32,070 nucleotides of DNA. Source: Gaiellaceae bacterium (GTDB lineage Bacteria; Actinomycetota; Thermoleophilia; Gaiellales; Gaiellaceae). Where the stretch lies: assembly GCA_035262765.1 (NCBI GenBank), contig DATFSG010000214.1:1-32070 (forward strand), in the 5' to 3' direction. Below are positions 1 through 7,538 of this stretch, piece after piece (position 1 is the stretch's first letter; each line of letters opens with the position of its first letter). Below the pieces are notes generated by a model that worked only from the letters and a program-made list of their open reading frames with translations, did not search any database and was not told the DNA's origin. The position numbers and the translations under genes were made by a program.

Positions 1-390
1 GGAGCAACCCCGACCGCCGGCTTCGACTGCTCTGGTCTCGTCCAGTATGTGTTCGCGCAGGTGGGCATCTCGCTGCCGCACTACACCGTCTCGCAGTGGA
101 ACTACGCGGGCGCCGTCCCGGTGCCGAAGAACCAGCTGCAGGCGGGAGACCTCGTCTTCTTCAACGGGCTCGATCACGTCGGGATCTACATCGGCTACGG
201 GGACTTCATCGACGCGCCGCACACCGGAGCCGACGTCGAGATCGACAGTCTCAGCGAGCGCTGGTTCGCCTCCAGGTACGACGGAGCGAGGCGGATCGTC
301 GGCGCCGCGGTCGGCGGCGTGCCGCAGGCGGCGCAGTTCTCCTCGGGCGGCACCGCGTTCAGCTCCAACGTCGTCTACTTCACCCATTAG
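1..390 (+). CDS. NlpC/P60-family peptidoglycan endopeptidase, C-terminal part (5' end lies outside the window)
   Basis: Frame 1 is open from base 1: GATPTAGFDCSGLVQYVFAQVGISLPHYT...GDLVFFNGLDHVGIYIGYGDFIDAPHTG. The DCSG catalytic-Cys motif and the downstream HVGIY and H motifs are the NlpC/P60 signature. Stop TAG at 388-390. Confidence 0.85.
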   Translation, partial: GATPTAGFDCSGLVQYVFAQVGISLPHYTVSQWNYAGAVPVPKNQLQAGDLVFFNGLDHVGIYIGYGDFIDAPHTGADVEIDSLSERWFASRYDGARRIVGAAVGGVPQAAQFSSGGTAFSSNVVYFTH

Positions 391-403
391 AGGGGTCAGG
401 ATC

Positions 404-856
404 ATGTTCCAACGTTCCGATGCACAAGCCGTGCCCCGCCGCATTCTCACGCTTCCGCGCCTGACCGCAGTTGCCGCTGCCGGCCTGCTCGTGAGCGCCA
501 CGATCTCGCTCGCGGCGGACAAGCCGACCGTGGCGACGAAGGCGACGACGCACTCGTCCGCGCCGCGGCAGGTGATGACCGTCCCGGACGTTCGCGGCCA
601 ACTCTTTGTCTTCGCCTCGGGGGCGCTGGAGGACAACGGCTTCGGCTGGAAGGTCCGCGGCGTCGTCGAGGGCTATCCGGTCAACGTCGTGGCCTCCCAG
701 TCGCCGCAGCCGGGCGCGCACGTGCTCGACACGGGTGAGCCGACCATCACTCTGCACCTCATCCGCGGCAAGGGCGCACAGACCGGTGCCCCGCAGGATC
801 GCTCGCCGTACGGCGCGAGCCTGATCCGTCGGCCGGCGAAGCACACCTCCAAGTAG
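404..856 (+). CDS. Secreted or membrane-anchored PASTA-domain protein
   Basis: ATG at 404 is preceded by AGGGG. The N-terminus has a hydrophobic signal/anchor (LTAVAAAGLLVSATISLAA). A PASTA-like module follows: VMTVPDVRGQ...GFGWKV...VVASQSPQPGAHVLDTGEPTITLHL. The longer ORF from 47 overlaps the NlpC/P60 gene out of frame, so I ignored it. Confidence 0.6.
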   Translation: MFQRSDAQAVPRRILTLPRLTAVAAAGLLVSATISLAADKPTVATKATTHSSAPRQVMTVPDVRGQLFVFASGALEDNGFGWKVRGVVEGYPVNVVASQSPQPGAHVLDTGEPTITLHLIRGKGAQTGAPQDRSPYGASLIRRPAKHTSK

Positions 857-889
857 CGCCGAAAGACGCCCTCAAGGGGCGCGGCGCGG

Positions 890-1651
890 ATGTCGATAAC
901 AAGCGGGATGGATCTCGTCCTCCCGCTCGTCTTCGTGCCCGGGCTTGCCCTCGGCAGCTTTCTCGGCGTGGTCGCTGCCCGCGTGCCGCTGCGCCGCTCG
1001 ATCGTGCGGCCGGGCTCGGCCTGCATGAGCTGCGAGACGCCGATCAGCTGGTACGACAACGTCCCAGTGCTCTCGTATGCGCTGCTCCGCGGCCGCTGCC
1101 GCAAGTGCGGCGTCCGGATCCCGCCGCGCGACCTCGTCATCGAGCTCACGACAGCACTCCTCCTCGTGGGCTGCGTGCTCGCGTTCGGATTCACACTGAG
1201 AACGATCGCAGCAGCGATCGGTTGCGCCGCGCTCGTCGTCGTGACTGCCACGGACATCGAGCGACGGATCGTCCCGAATCGCGTCGTGCTGCCCGCGGCA
1301 GCCGCCGTCCTCGTGCTGGATACCGTCTGGCATCCGTCGCCGGAATGGGCGATGGGGGCATTCGGTTTCGCGGGATTCCTCTTCCTCGTGGCGCTCGCCT
1401 ATCCGGGCGGGATGGGGATGGGCGATGTCAAGCTCGCGCTGCTGATCGGCGCGCTGCTCGGCCGGACGACGCCGGTCGGGTTCATGCTGGCGCTGATCCT
1501 CTCCCTCGTGCCGACCGTCTTCCTGATCGCCCGCCACGGCCACGGTGCCCGGAAGCTCAAGATCCCGTTCGCGCCGTTCCTCGCCGCGGGCGCCCTCATC
1601 GCGCTCTTCGCCGGCGAGGCAATCCTCCACGCCTACCTCCACCACACGTGA
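890..1651 (+). CDS. pilD: Prepilin peptidase / N-methyltransferase (peptidase A24)
   Basis: N-terminal CxxC...CxxC motif (CMSCETPISWYDNVPVLSYALLRGRCRKCG). First catalytic Asp context is ATDIERRIVP and the second is the GxGD motif (GGMGMGDVKLALLIGALLG). Polytopic membrane protein. Confidence 0.9.
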   Translation: MSITSGMDLVLPLVFVPGLALGSFLGVVAARVPLRRSIVRPGSACMSCETPISWYDNVPVLSYALLRGRCRKCGVRIPPRDLVIELTTALLLVGCVLAFGFTLRTIAAAIGCAALVVVTATDIERRIVPNRVVLPAAAAVLVLDTVWHPSPEWAMGAFGFAGFLFLVALAYPGGMGMGDVKLALLIGALLGRTTPVGFMLALILSLVPTVFLIARHGHGARKLKIPFAPFLAAGALIALFAGEAILHAYLHHT

Positions 1652-1661
1652 GGCGACTGCG

Positions 1662-3428
1662 GTGTCGGCTCAGCCCGTAGCGGGCGACGGAACCCCGGTG
1701 CCGAAAGGCCCGGTGGCGCCCGCCCCGATCTCGCAGCTCATGGGCGAGCTCGTCGTCGACCTGCTCGAGACGACGGGCCTGATCCCCGAGGCGAAATTCG
1801 AGACCCTGCGGGAACAGGCGAAGCACGCGCCGGTCGTGCAGGTGCTGATCGATGAAGGGCTCGCGTCGAGCGAAGCGATCGCCCGCATTGTCGCTGCGCA
1901 GTACGGGCTCCCCGTGGTCGAGCTGGGCAACGTCGGCATCGACCCCATGGCCACGGAAGCCGTGCCGCTGCACGTCCTCGAGCAGGTGACCGCCATTCCG
2001 TACGCCTTCGAGGACGACTACCTCTGTGTGGCGATCGCCGACCCGCAGAACATCCATGGCATCGACGCGCTGCGGCTCGCCAGCCGCCACCCGATCTCCC
2101 TGCGCGTCGCCGCGAGCGAGGAGATCACGAACGAGATCGGCCGGCTCGCGCGAACGGCCGAGGCCTTCGGCGCCCGCTCCGGTTTCAACGACGTCGCCGA
2201 GCTCGAGGTGATCGACGAGGACGAGCTTGACGACCTCGAGATCGACGACGGCATCTCCGACGCGCCGCTCGTCCGCCTCGTCAACTCGATCATCTTCGAG
2301 GCGGCAGAGGACGGTGCGAGCGACGTCCACTTCGAGCCGCAGTCGGACGCGCTCGTCGTGCGCTTTCGCATCGACGGCGTGCTCCACGAGACCCAGCGGA
2401 TTCCCAAGCGGAGCGCGATCGGCGTGACCACTCGTCTGAAGGTGCTGGCGAAGCTCGACATCGCCGAGCGCCGGAAGCCGCAGGACGGCCGAATCTCGCT
2501 CTCCGCCTCCGCCGCCGGCCGGATGCTCGACGTCCGCGTCGCCACGCTGCCGACCGTCGAGGGCGAGTCGGTCGTGATGCGTCTGCTCGACAAGTCGAAG
2601 AAGCCGCCGACGATGGAGGAGGTCGGGCTCAGCATCGCGATGCAGGAGCAGCTCTCGGCGATGGTCCACCGGCCCACCGGCGCCCTGCTCGTCACCGGTC
2701 CGACCGGCTCGGGCAAGTCGACCACTCTGTTCTCCGCCATGACCGAGATCAATCGGCCCGAGATCAACGTCATCACCGTCGAGGACCCGGTCGAGTACCG
2801 CCTCCCCGGCCTCAACCAGGTACAGATCAACACACGCGCGGGGCTGACCTTCGCCGTCGCGCTGCGCTCGATCCTGCGCTCGGACCCCGACGTCGTGATG
2901 GTTGGCGAGATCCGCGACGTCGAGACCGCGAAGATCTCGATCGAGGCCGCCCTGACGGGCCACTTCGTCCTTTCGACCCTGCACACGAACGATGCACCGT
3001 CGGCGCTTTCGCGCCTGAACGAGATGGGTGTCGAGCCGTTCCTCACAGGTGCGGCCGTCACCGGCGTGCTCGCGCAGCGCCTCGCGCGCCGCCTCTGCGA
3101 GCACTGCAAGGAGCTCTACACGCCGAGCAAGGAGGAACTCGACACGGCGCGCGTCCCTGAGGAGCTCCGGCACGGTAAGACGGAGCTCTTCCGCCGCAAC
3201 GGCTGCGTGCGCTGCCGGCAGACCGGTTACAGGGGCCGCATCGGCGTCTTCCAACTCCTGGAGATGAACGAGGAGCTGTCCACGCTCGCCGCCCGGAAGG
3301 CGAGCCACGAGGAACTCGAGCGGGCGGCCCTCGAGGCCGGGATGATGACGCTGTGGGGCGACGGCGTCGAGAAGGTCCTCGCGGGCCTCACCTCGCTCGA
3401 AGAGCTCGCCCGCGTCACGACGCTCTAG
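1662..3428 (+). CDS. pilB: Type IV pilus assembly (extension) ATPase, GspE/PilB family
   Basis: N-terminal T2SSE_N-like domain (LIDEGLASSEAIARIVAAQYGLPVVEL). Walker A GPTGSGKST, Walker B/Asp box DPDVVMVGEIRD, His box TGHFVLSTLHTND, and tetracysteine CEHC...CVRC. Start is uncertain: GTG 1662 has GAGG 8 nt upstream. The alternatives are ATG 1740, or ATG 1545, which overlaps pilD. Confidence 0.9.
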   Translation: MSAQPVAGDGTPVPKGPVAPAPISQLMGELVVDLLETTGLIPEAKFETLREQAKHAPVVQVLIDEGLASSEAIARIVAAQYGLPVVELGNVGIDPMATEAVPLHVLEQVTAIPYAFEDDYLCVAIADPQNIHGIDALRLASRHPISLRVAASEEITNEIGRLARTAEAFGARSGFNDVAELEVIDEDELDDLEIDDGISDAPLVRLVNSIIFEAAEDGASDVHFEPQSDALVVRFRIDGVLHETQRIPKRSAIGVTTRLKVLAKLDIAERRKPQDGRISLSASAAGRMLDVRVATLPTVEGESVVMRLLDKSKKPPTMEEVGLSIAMQEQLSAMVHRPTGALLVTGPTGSGKSTTLFSAMTEINRPEINVITVEDPVEYRLPGLNQVQINTRAGLTFAVALRSILRSDPDVVMVGEIRDVETAKISIEAALTGHFVLSTLHTNDAPSALSRLNEMGVEPFLTGAAVTGVLAQRLARRLCEHCKELYTPSKEELDTARVPEELRHGKTELFRRNGCVRCRQTGYRGRIGVFQLLEMNEELSTLAARKASHEELERAALEAGMMTLWGDGVEKVLAGLTSLEELARVTTL

Positions 3429-3457
3429 CCGGCGCCGCCTGGCAATCTCGGGTCGGC

Positions 3458-4096
3458 ATGGCCGACGAGGACGTCGCCTTCGAGATCTCGGACAAGGCGG
3501 AGAAGTTCATCCGCGGTCGCACCGGCGAGCTCTGGATCTGGCCGAACGCGGACCGCAAGCCATACGTGTCCAGTTGGCCACCCGCGATCCACGACGGCGA
3601 GTGGGCGACCTATGCTCCGGAGGGCCTCGTCATCCACGTCGACAGCACGATCGAGCCGCCGGACCGGTGGGTGCTCGACACTGTGGGATCCGAGCAGTGG
3701 ATCACGGCGCGGTGGGACCGGCGTCTTCTCGGCGTCTTCGATCGCCTTCCGCTCGTGAGATCTCCGGACGAGACCGTGGAGGCGCACAGCTCTCCACTGG
3801 CGCACGTCGGGAAGTTCCTCCTCGTGCCGGCGCTCGCCTGGGTCTTCGCGGTCCTCTGGGCTCTCCAGTTCTTCGGCATGCGTGGCCACGGGCTCCTCGC
3901 AGCACGGGCGGGCGTTGGGTCGCTGATCACGTTGGTCGGTTTGGCGGTCTGGATACGCGAGTCGCGCGCCGCCGAAGAGGCTTCGAAGAGCCCCGAGCCT
4001 CCTCCCTTCCGCGCCGGCAGCGCAGCTGCTCGGGTTCGGCTCGATCAGCGCGCAGACCGGTCTGTCGCGAAAGAGCTCGAGCGCAGCCGCCTCTAG
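3458..4096 (+). CDS. Hypothetical membrane protein: about 130-aa soluble N-domain, two predicted TM helices, charged tail
   Basis: ATG 3458 lies 29 nt after the pilB stop on the same strand. Hydrophobic segments are FLLVPALAWVFAVLWALQFFGM and GVGSLITLVGLAVWI. I recognised no family motif. The N-terminal motif FEISDKAEKFIRGRTGELWIW recurs in the next ORF. Confidence 0.55.
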   Translation: MADEDVAFEISDKAEKFIRGRTGELWIWPNADRKPYVSSWPPAIHDGEWATYAPEGLVIHVDSTIEPPDRWVLDTVGSEQWITARWDRRLLGVFDRLPLVRSPDETVEAHSSPLAHVGKFLLVPALAWVFAVLWALQFFGMRGHGLLAARAGVGSLITLVGLAVWIRESRAAEEASKSPEPPPFRAGSAAARVRLDQRADRSVAKELERSRL

Positions 4097-4282
4097 GTGG
4101 ACGGCGGCGGAGGTGTCGGCTTCGCGATCTCGGACGCGGCGGAGGCAATCATCCGCGACCGCGGCGGAGAGCTCTGGATCTGGGCGGGCGACGACGGGAC
4201 TGCATGCGCCGAACTCACGCGCAGCGCGCTGCCGCTTCGCCCGCTGGGGGAAGATCACGCAGGTGGAGGTGAGCTGGGATGA
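4097..4282 (+). pseudogene. Truncated paralogue (61 codons) of the N-terminal domain of the upstream membrane protein; either a short CDS or a gene remnant
   Basis: GTG 4097 immediately follows the TAG at 4094-4096 and is in the same frame. VGFAISDAAEAIIRDRGGELWIW aligns with VAFEISDKAEKFIRGRTGELWIW of the upstream protein, 15 of 23 identical by hand alignment. Similarity is then lost and the ORF ends at 4282, overlapping the next gene. Confidence 0.3.
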
Positions 4283-5387
4283 GGTTCGCGCGCGCCGTCT
4301 GGCGCGTTCGTTCCTGAGCGAGCGGGCGGGCGGCGACCGGCTTCTCGAAGTCGTGAGCGCGCTGTGCGGTGTGCAGGCGCAGCTGCAGACGGCGGCCGAG
4401 CTGCAACTCGGTGCGCGGGTCGACGGCGTGACGCAGGCCGAGCTCCGGGCGCTCGTCTGGGAGCAGCGGGTGCTCGTCAGGGCCTGGACGCTCCGCGGAA
4501 CTCTGCACCTCCACCCCGCCGCCGAGCTACCGCTCTGGCACGCCGCGAAACGTGCGGCGCAGGGCTCGGCCCGCGAAGGGCTGCCCGCGTGGCGCGACCC
4601 AGCTCGCATCCTCCACCCGGGGCTCGGCGCCGACGAGGTCGAAGCCGTTCGCGCAGAGGTCTGGTCAGCGCTCGACGGCCGCTGCCTCACCCGGGCCGAG
4701 CTAGCCGAGGAAGTCGGGAGCCGGGTGGGAGCCGCAGCTCAGGCGCGGGTCCGCTCGGGATTCGCCTTCTTCAACTCCGACCTGTGCCAGGGACCGCCGC
4801 AGGGATCGCGGATCACGCTCGTCCGGCCGGATCAGTGGGTCGAAGGCTGGCAGGAAGTGGACGGACGCGAGGCGCTGCGGGAGGTCTGCCGGCGGTTCCT
4901 GCGTACATACGGCCCTGCTCGTCCCGCCGACTTCGCCTCCTGGTTCGGCGCCGCGGAGCCGCAGGCGTTGTTCGACGAGCTCGGCGCCGACCTGGAGGAG
5001 ATCGACGTCGCCGGCCGCCTCTACTTCGTCCTGGCGGGCGACCGGTCGTTCCCGGTGACGGACTCTCAGGTGCGGCTGCTGTCGGAGTACGACGTCTATG
5101 TGCTGGGGTTCCGCGAGCGCGACGAGCTCGTCCCGGAGCCCGTGCGCAAGCTCATCGCCAACCACCGCCGCGGCCAGTACGAGGGGCCGGCCGCGACGCG
5201 GATCGTGCTGGTCGACGGAATCGCCGCGGGCCTGTGGGAGCGCCGCAAGCGCGGCAGGCGGATCGAGCTTCAGATTCGCCTCGTGCGGCAGCTCGGGAAG
5301 GCGGGCTTCGCAGAGCTTCAGCGCGAAGCGGAGCGCATCGGCGCGTTCCTCGGGCTGGAGCCTGTCGTCGCCGTCGACGTCGGCTGA
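4263..5387 (+). CDS. Winged-helix DNA glycosylase of the AlkZ/YcaQ (HTH_42, formerly DUF1006) family
   Basis: Family-typical N-terminus: SWDEVRARRLARSFL...LLEVVSALCGVQAQLQTAAELQLGARV...RVLVRAWTLRGTLHLHPAAELPLW. It contains a Q-x-Q motif (QAQ). Start is GTG 4263 or 4269. The ORF-track start at 4113 adds an Arg/Ser-rich, non-homologous extension. Confidence 0.8.
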   Translation: MEVSWDEVRARRLARSFLSERAGGDRLLEVVSALCGVQAQLQTAAELQLGARVDGVTQAELRALVWEQRVLVRAWTLRGTLHLHPAAELPLWHAAKRAAQGSAREGLPAWRDPARILHPGLGADEVEAVRAEVWSALDGRCLTRAELAEEVGSRVGAAAQARVRSGFAFFNSDLCQGPPQGSRITLVRPDQWVEGWQEVDGREALREVCRRFLRTYGPARPADFASWFGAAEPQALFDELGADLEEIDVAGRLYFVLAGDRSFPVTDSQVRLLSEYDVYVLGFRERDELVPEPVRKLIANHRRGQYEGPAATRIVLVDGIAAGLWERRKRGRRIELQIRLVRQLGKAGFAELQREAERIGAFLGLEPVVAVDVG

Positions 5388-5398
5388 GGCTAGGAGCG

Positions 5399-6619
5399 CT
5401 ACTCGCCGCGCGAGCGGTTGCCCATGCTGAACTTCGTCGGCCGGCTGGCGGCGGCGAGGTCCTCGAGCGAGCTCGGCGGCGGGGTGTATCCCGAGGGGGA
5501 TGCGGGATGGGCGGGCTCCGGCACCGCCGCGGGCACATTCTCTTCGGGCTCGGGCTCCGGCTCGGACTGTGCAGCCTCGGGATCAGGGGTCGGCTGCGGC
5601 GCTGGCTCGGCCCGGGCGGCCGCGAGCAGTTGCTCGGCCTCGCGGCGCGCGGCCTCCGCGATCTCCTGCGCCTCCGCGCGCGCTTTCTCCAGCAGCTCCC
5701 GCGCGGCGGTGCGGGCGGTCTCGAGCTCTTGAGCAGCCGCGGCGTCGGCTCGCGCGTCTGCAAGCAGCTTGTCAGCCTCTCGACGCGCGGCCTCCGCGAT
5801 CTCCTGTGCCTCTGCCCGCGCTGTCTCTACCAGCTCGTGCGCGGCGGCGCGGGCGGTCTCGACCCCTTCCGCTGCCTCGGTGCCGGCGCGGGCGAGCACG
5901 CCCTCTGCCTCCGAGCGGGCATTGTTCAGCGCAGCCTCCGCCTCGGAGTGGACACCCGCGCTGGCCGCTTCGGCCTCGGTGCGAGCGGCGGCGACGAGAG
6001 TGTCCGCCTGGGCGCGTGCTGCTTCGACGGCCATGTCCGCCTCCGACCGCGCGGTGGCGGCGACCGACTCGGCCTCGGCCCGGGCCGCGGCGACGAGGCC
6101 CTCGGCCTCGCTGCCTGCCTGCTCCTGCACAGCCTGAGCGCGCTCGTTCGCCGCAGCGATCGTCGCGGCAGCCTCCTGCTCTACGCCGCTCAGGCGCGCC
6201 TGCGCCTCGTTCGACGCTTCGGTCACCTGGCGCTGCTGCTCCTCGAGCTCCTCCTTGGCCTGGGTGACCTCCTGGCGGGCGGTATCGAGTTCCCGCTTGA
6301 GGTAGTCCGCTTCTTTCTCGCGCTCGTCGAGGGCGAGACGGCGCAGCCGGACCTCCTCCTCAGTCCGCGTGAGCCTGTCCTTCGCGGTCTCCTGCGCGTC
6401 GCGTTCGATGCGATCGGCGAGCTCGACCGCCGCCCGAACGAGCTCGAGCGCTTCGAGCCTCGCCGAGCGGTTGTCGGCCGTGAAGCCGGTCCCGGGATCA
6501 CCATCGGGATTCGGAGGGAGCCGCTCGAGCTGAGGAAGCGCGATCACGTCCGCACCAAGCTCGTCGCTCCGAAGCTCGTCTTCTTCTCTCGCCACGGGAT
6601 CCACCTCGCTCCCGCTCAC
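5399..6619 (-). CDS. Ala/Glu-rich coiled-coil protein with 11-residue periodic repeats and a Pro-rich C-terminal tail
   Basis: 406-aa ORF. The central roughly 250 aa consist of ARxEAExxxxA-type hendecads (ARAEAESVAAT/ARSEADMAVEA/ARAQADTLVAA...). The C-terminus is PQPTPDPEAAQSEPEPEPEE...YTPPP. Start is GTG 6619 or GTG 6604. It lies 5 nt downstream of the preceding gene. The opposite-strand 756-aa ORF is an Arg/Gly-rich artefact. Confidence 0.75.
   Translation of the reverse strand: MSGSEVDPVAREEDELRSDELGADVIALPQLERLPPNPDGDPGTGFTADNRSARLEALELVRAAVELADRIERDAQETAKDRLTRTEEEVRLRRLALDEREKEADYLKRELDTARQEVTQAKEELEEQQRQVTEASNEAQARLSGVEQEAAATIAAANERAQAVQEQAGSEAEGLVAAARAEAESVAATARSEADMAVEAARAQADTLVAAARTEAEAASAGVHSEAEAALNNARSEAEGVLARAGTEAAEGVETARAAAHELVETARAEAQEIAEAARREADKLLADARADAAAAQELETARTAARELLEKARAEAQEIAEAARREAEQLLAAARAEPAPQPTPDPEAAQSEPEPEPEENVPAAVPEPAHPASPSGYTPPPSSLEDLAAASRPTKFSMGNRSRGE
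5627..5866 (-). repeat. Internal tandem duplication of a 46-codon unit inside the coiled-coil gene
   Basis: 5627-5728 and 5765-5866 align without gaps at a 138-nt offset, about 85 of 102 nt identical by hand count. This includes an identical core, cgcggcctccgcgatctcctg. At protein level, ETARAAAHELVETARAEAQEIAEAARREADKLLADARAD aligns with ETARTAARELLEKARAEAQEIAEAARREAEQLLAAARAE. Confidence 0.75.
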
Positions 6620-6624
6620 GCCTC

Positions 6625-6888
6625 TCAGGCGTGAATCTCGCAGCCGAGGTAGACCAGGGCCTCGACGGCCTCGGTCACGAACGTGCTCGCCTGCTGGGCG
6701 TCGGCGAAGCTGTACGAGCGCGGCTCGGCACCGTCCTCGCGGCCCTCCACCTCGACGTCGACGACACAGGCGTCGCCGAGATCAAGCGCCCGCATGGTCA
6801 CGACGGGACGCCCGTAACGGCTCGCGCTGCGGACGAAGAGCTCCCGCGGCTCCGGCTCGGCTGCCTGAGGGCGGCCGCCCCGTCTCAT
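6625..6888 (-). CDS. Hypothetical 87-aa protein
   Basis: Its ATG (6888-6886) overlaps the TGA of the upstream gene (ATGA). Its stop is 5 nt before the coiled-coil gene. I recognised no motif; support comes from operon context only. Confidence 0.5.
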   Translation of the reverse strand: MRRGGRPQAAEPEPRELFVRSASRYGRPVVTMRALDLGDACVVDVEVEGREDGAEPRSYSFADAQQASTFVTEAVEALVYLGCEIHA

Positions 6889-7412
6889 CAGCGCGCGTCG
6901 GCGACGGCCTGCGCGACCACGTCGCGGTCGACGAAGCCCTTGAACTGCGTGGTGATGGCGCCCGAGCGCCTGATCACGAGAACCTCGGGCGTGTCGACGA
7001 CTCCGCCGAACTTGCGGAGGATCGCCGTGCCGGTCTGCTGGTGGAAGACGTCGATGGCGACGAAGCCCGCGTGCATCTGAGCAGCGCCGGCCTGCGCCTC
7101 TGCGCTCGTGGACTGTTCGTCCGCACCATTCGGTGTGGTCAGTGCGACGACCACCACCGAGTGCTTCTGCAGCGCACGCGCAACGGGAACAGGCAACCCG
7201 TGGGTGTTGACCTGCGCGGGGGTCACGGTGTGGGTCGGCGTCGTGCTCGGGGTGGGAGTCGTCGTGGCCTGCGTCGTGTGGGCCGGCGTCGTGGGCGGCG
7301 TGGTCGTGGTGGTCGACTTGTGCGTGACGGCGAAGTAACCGCCGGCCACGACGACGACCAGCACGAGCAGGACGACAACACGAATCTGGCGCGTGCTCAG
7401 CGTCGCGTTCAT
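6888..7412 (-). CDS. Membrane-anchored thioredoxin-fold protein lacking CxxC, with a Thr/Pro-rich linker
   Basis: ATG 7412 is preceded by AGGAAGG. TM anchor is IRVVVLLVLVVVVAGGYFAV and the linker is KSTTTTTPPTTPAHTTQATTTPTPSTTPTHTVTP. The C-terminal pattern VVVVALTTP...FVAIDVF...TPEVLVIRRSG...FKGFVD resembles a thioredoxin fold without catalytic cysteines. The ORF-track start at 7520 is probably too far upstream. Confidence 0.6.
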   Translation of the reverse strand: MNATLSTRQIRVVVLLVLVVVVAGGYFAVTHKSTTTTTPPTTPAHTTQATTTPTPSTTPTHTVTPAQVNTHGLPVPVARALQKHSVVVVALTTPNGADEQSTSAEAQAGAAQMHAGFVAIDVFHQQTGTAILRKFGGVVDTPEVLVIRRSGAITTQFKGFVDRDVVAQAVADAR

Positions 7413-7465
7413 GGCCTTCCTATCGGCAGCCCCGGCAGCGCGGGTCTCCCTGAAATGGGGGATAC

Positions 7466-7506
7466 GTGAAGAAAGGGATAAAGAGAGGGCGCGGTTTCCC
7501 GCGCCC
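7466..7506 (-). terminator. Intrinsic terminator immediately downstream of the pilin gene
   Basis: On the minus strand: GGGCGCGG-GAAA-CCGCGCCC, a perfect 8-bp GC stem (7506-7487). It is followed by the T-rich tract TCTCTTTATCCCTTTCTTC. It sits 33 nt after the pilin stop codon. Confidence 0.7.
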
Positions 7507-7538
7507 TCGACGTAGAGCAACGAACTGGAGCGTTACGA

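Noticed and set aside
47-856. 269-aa ORF overlapping the NlpC/P60 gene; likewise the N-terminal extensions of ORFs 19758-21143, 20747-22222, 6888-7520 and 4113-5387
   Set aside because: In each case the upstream portion overlaps a well-supported neighbouring gene out of frame or is compositionally aberrant. An internal start with a Shine-Dalgarno or a 4-nt start/stop overlap gives a family-typical N-terminus.
857-889. Short hairpin CGCCC-TCAAG-GGGCG between the PASTA gene and pilD as a terminator
   Set aside because: It has only a 5-bp stem and no T-tract in a GC-rich background where such stems are common. The 33-nt gap favours co-transcription.
1596-3308. 570-aa ORF antisense to pilB; likewise 8046-9287 antisense to pilT, 12504-13913 antisense to pilC, 22745-24553 antisense to the binding protein and 872-1645 antisense to pilD
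   Set aside because: All are Arg/Asp/Gly-rich shadow frames opposite genes with unambiguous family motifs. None has recognisable motifs or ribosome-binding sites.
4364-6634. 756-aa ORF on the + strand, the longest in the window
   Set aside because: It is extremely Arg/Gly/Ala/Pro-rich and low in complexity. It runs out of frame over the 3' part of the AlkZ-like gene and antisense to the coiled-coil gene. This is the typical shadow ORF of a GC-rich gene with GC3 bias, and I saw no motif.
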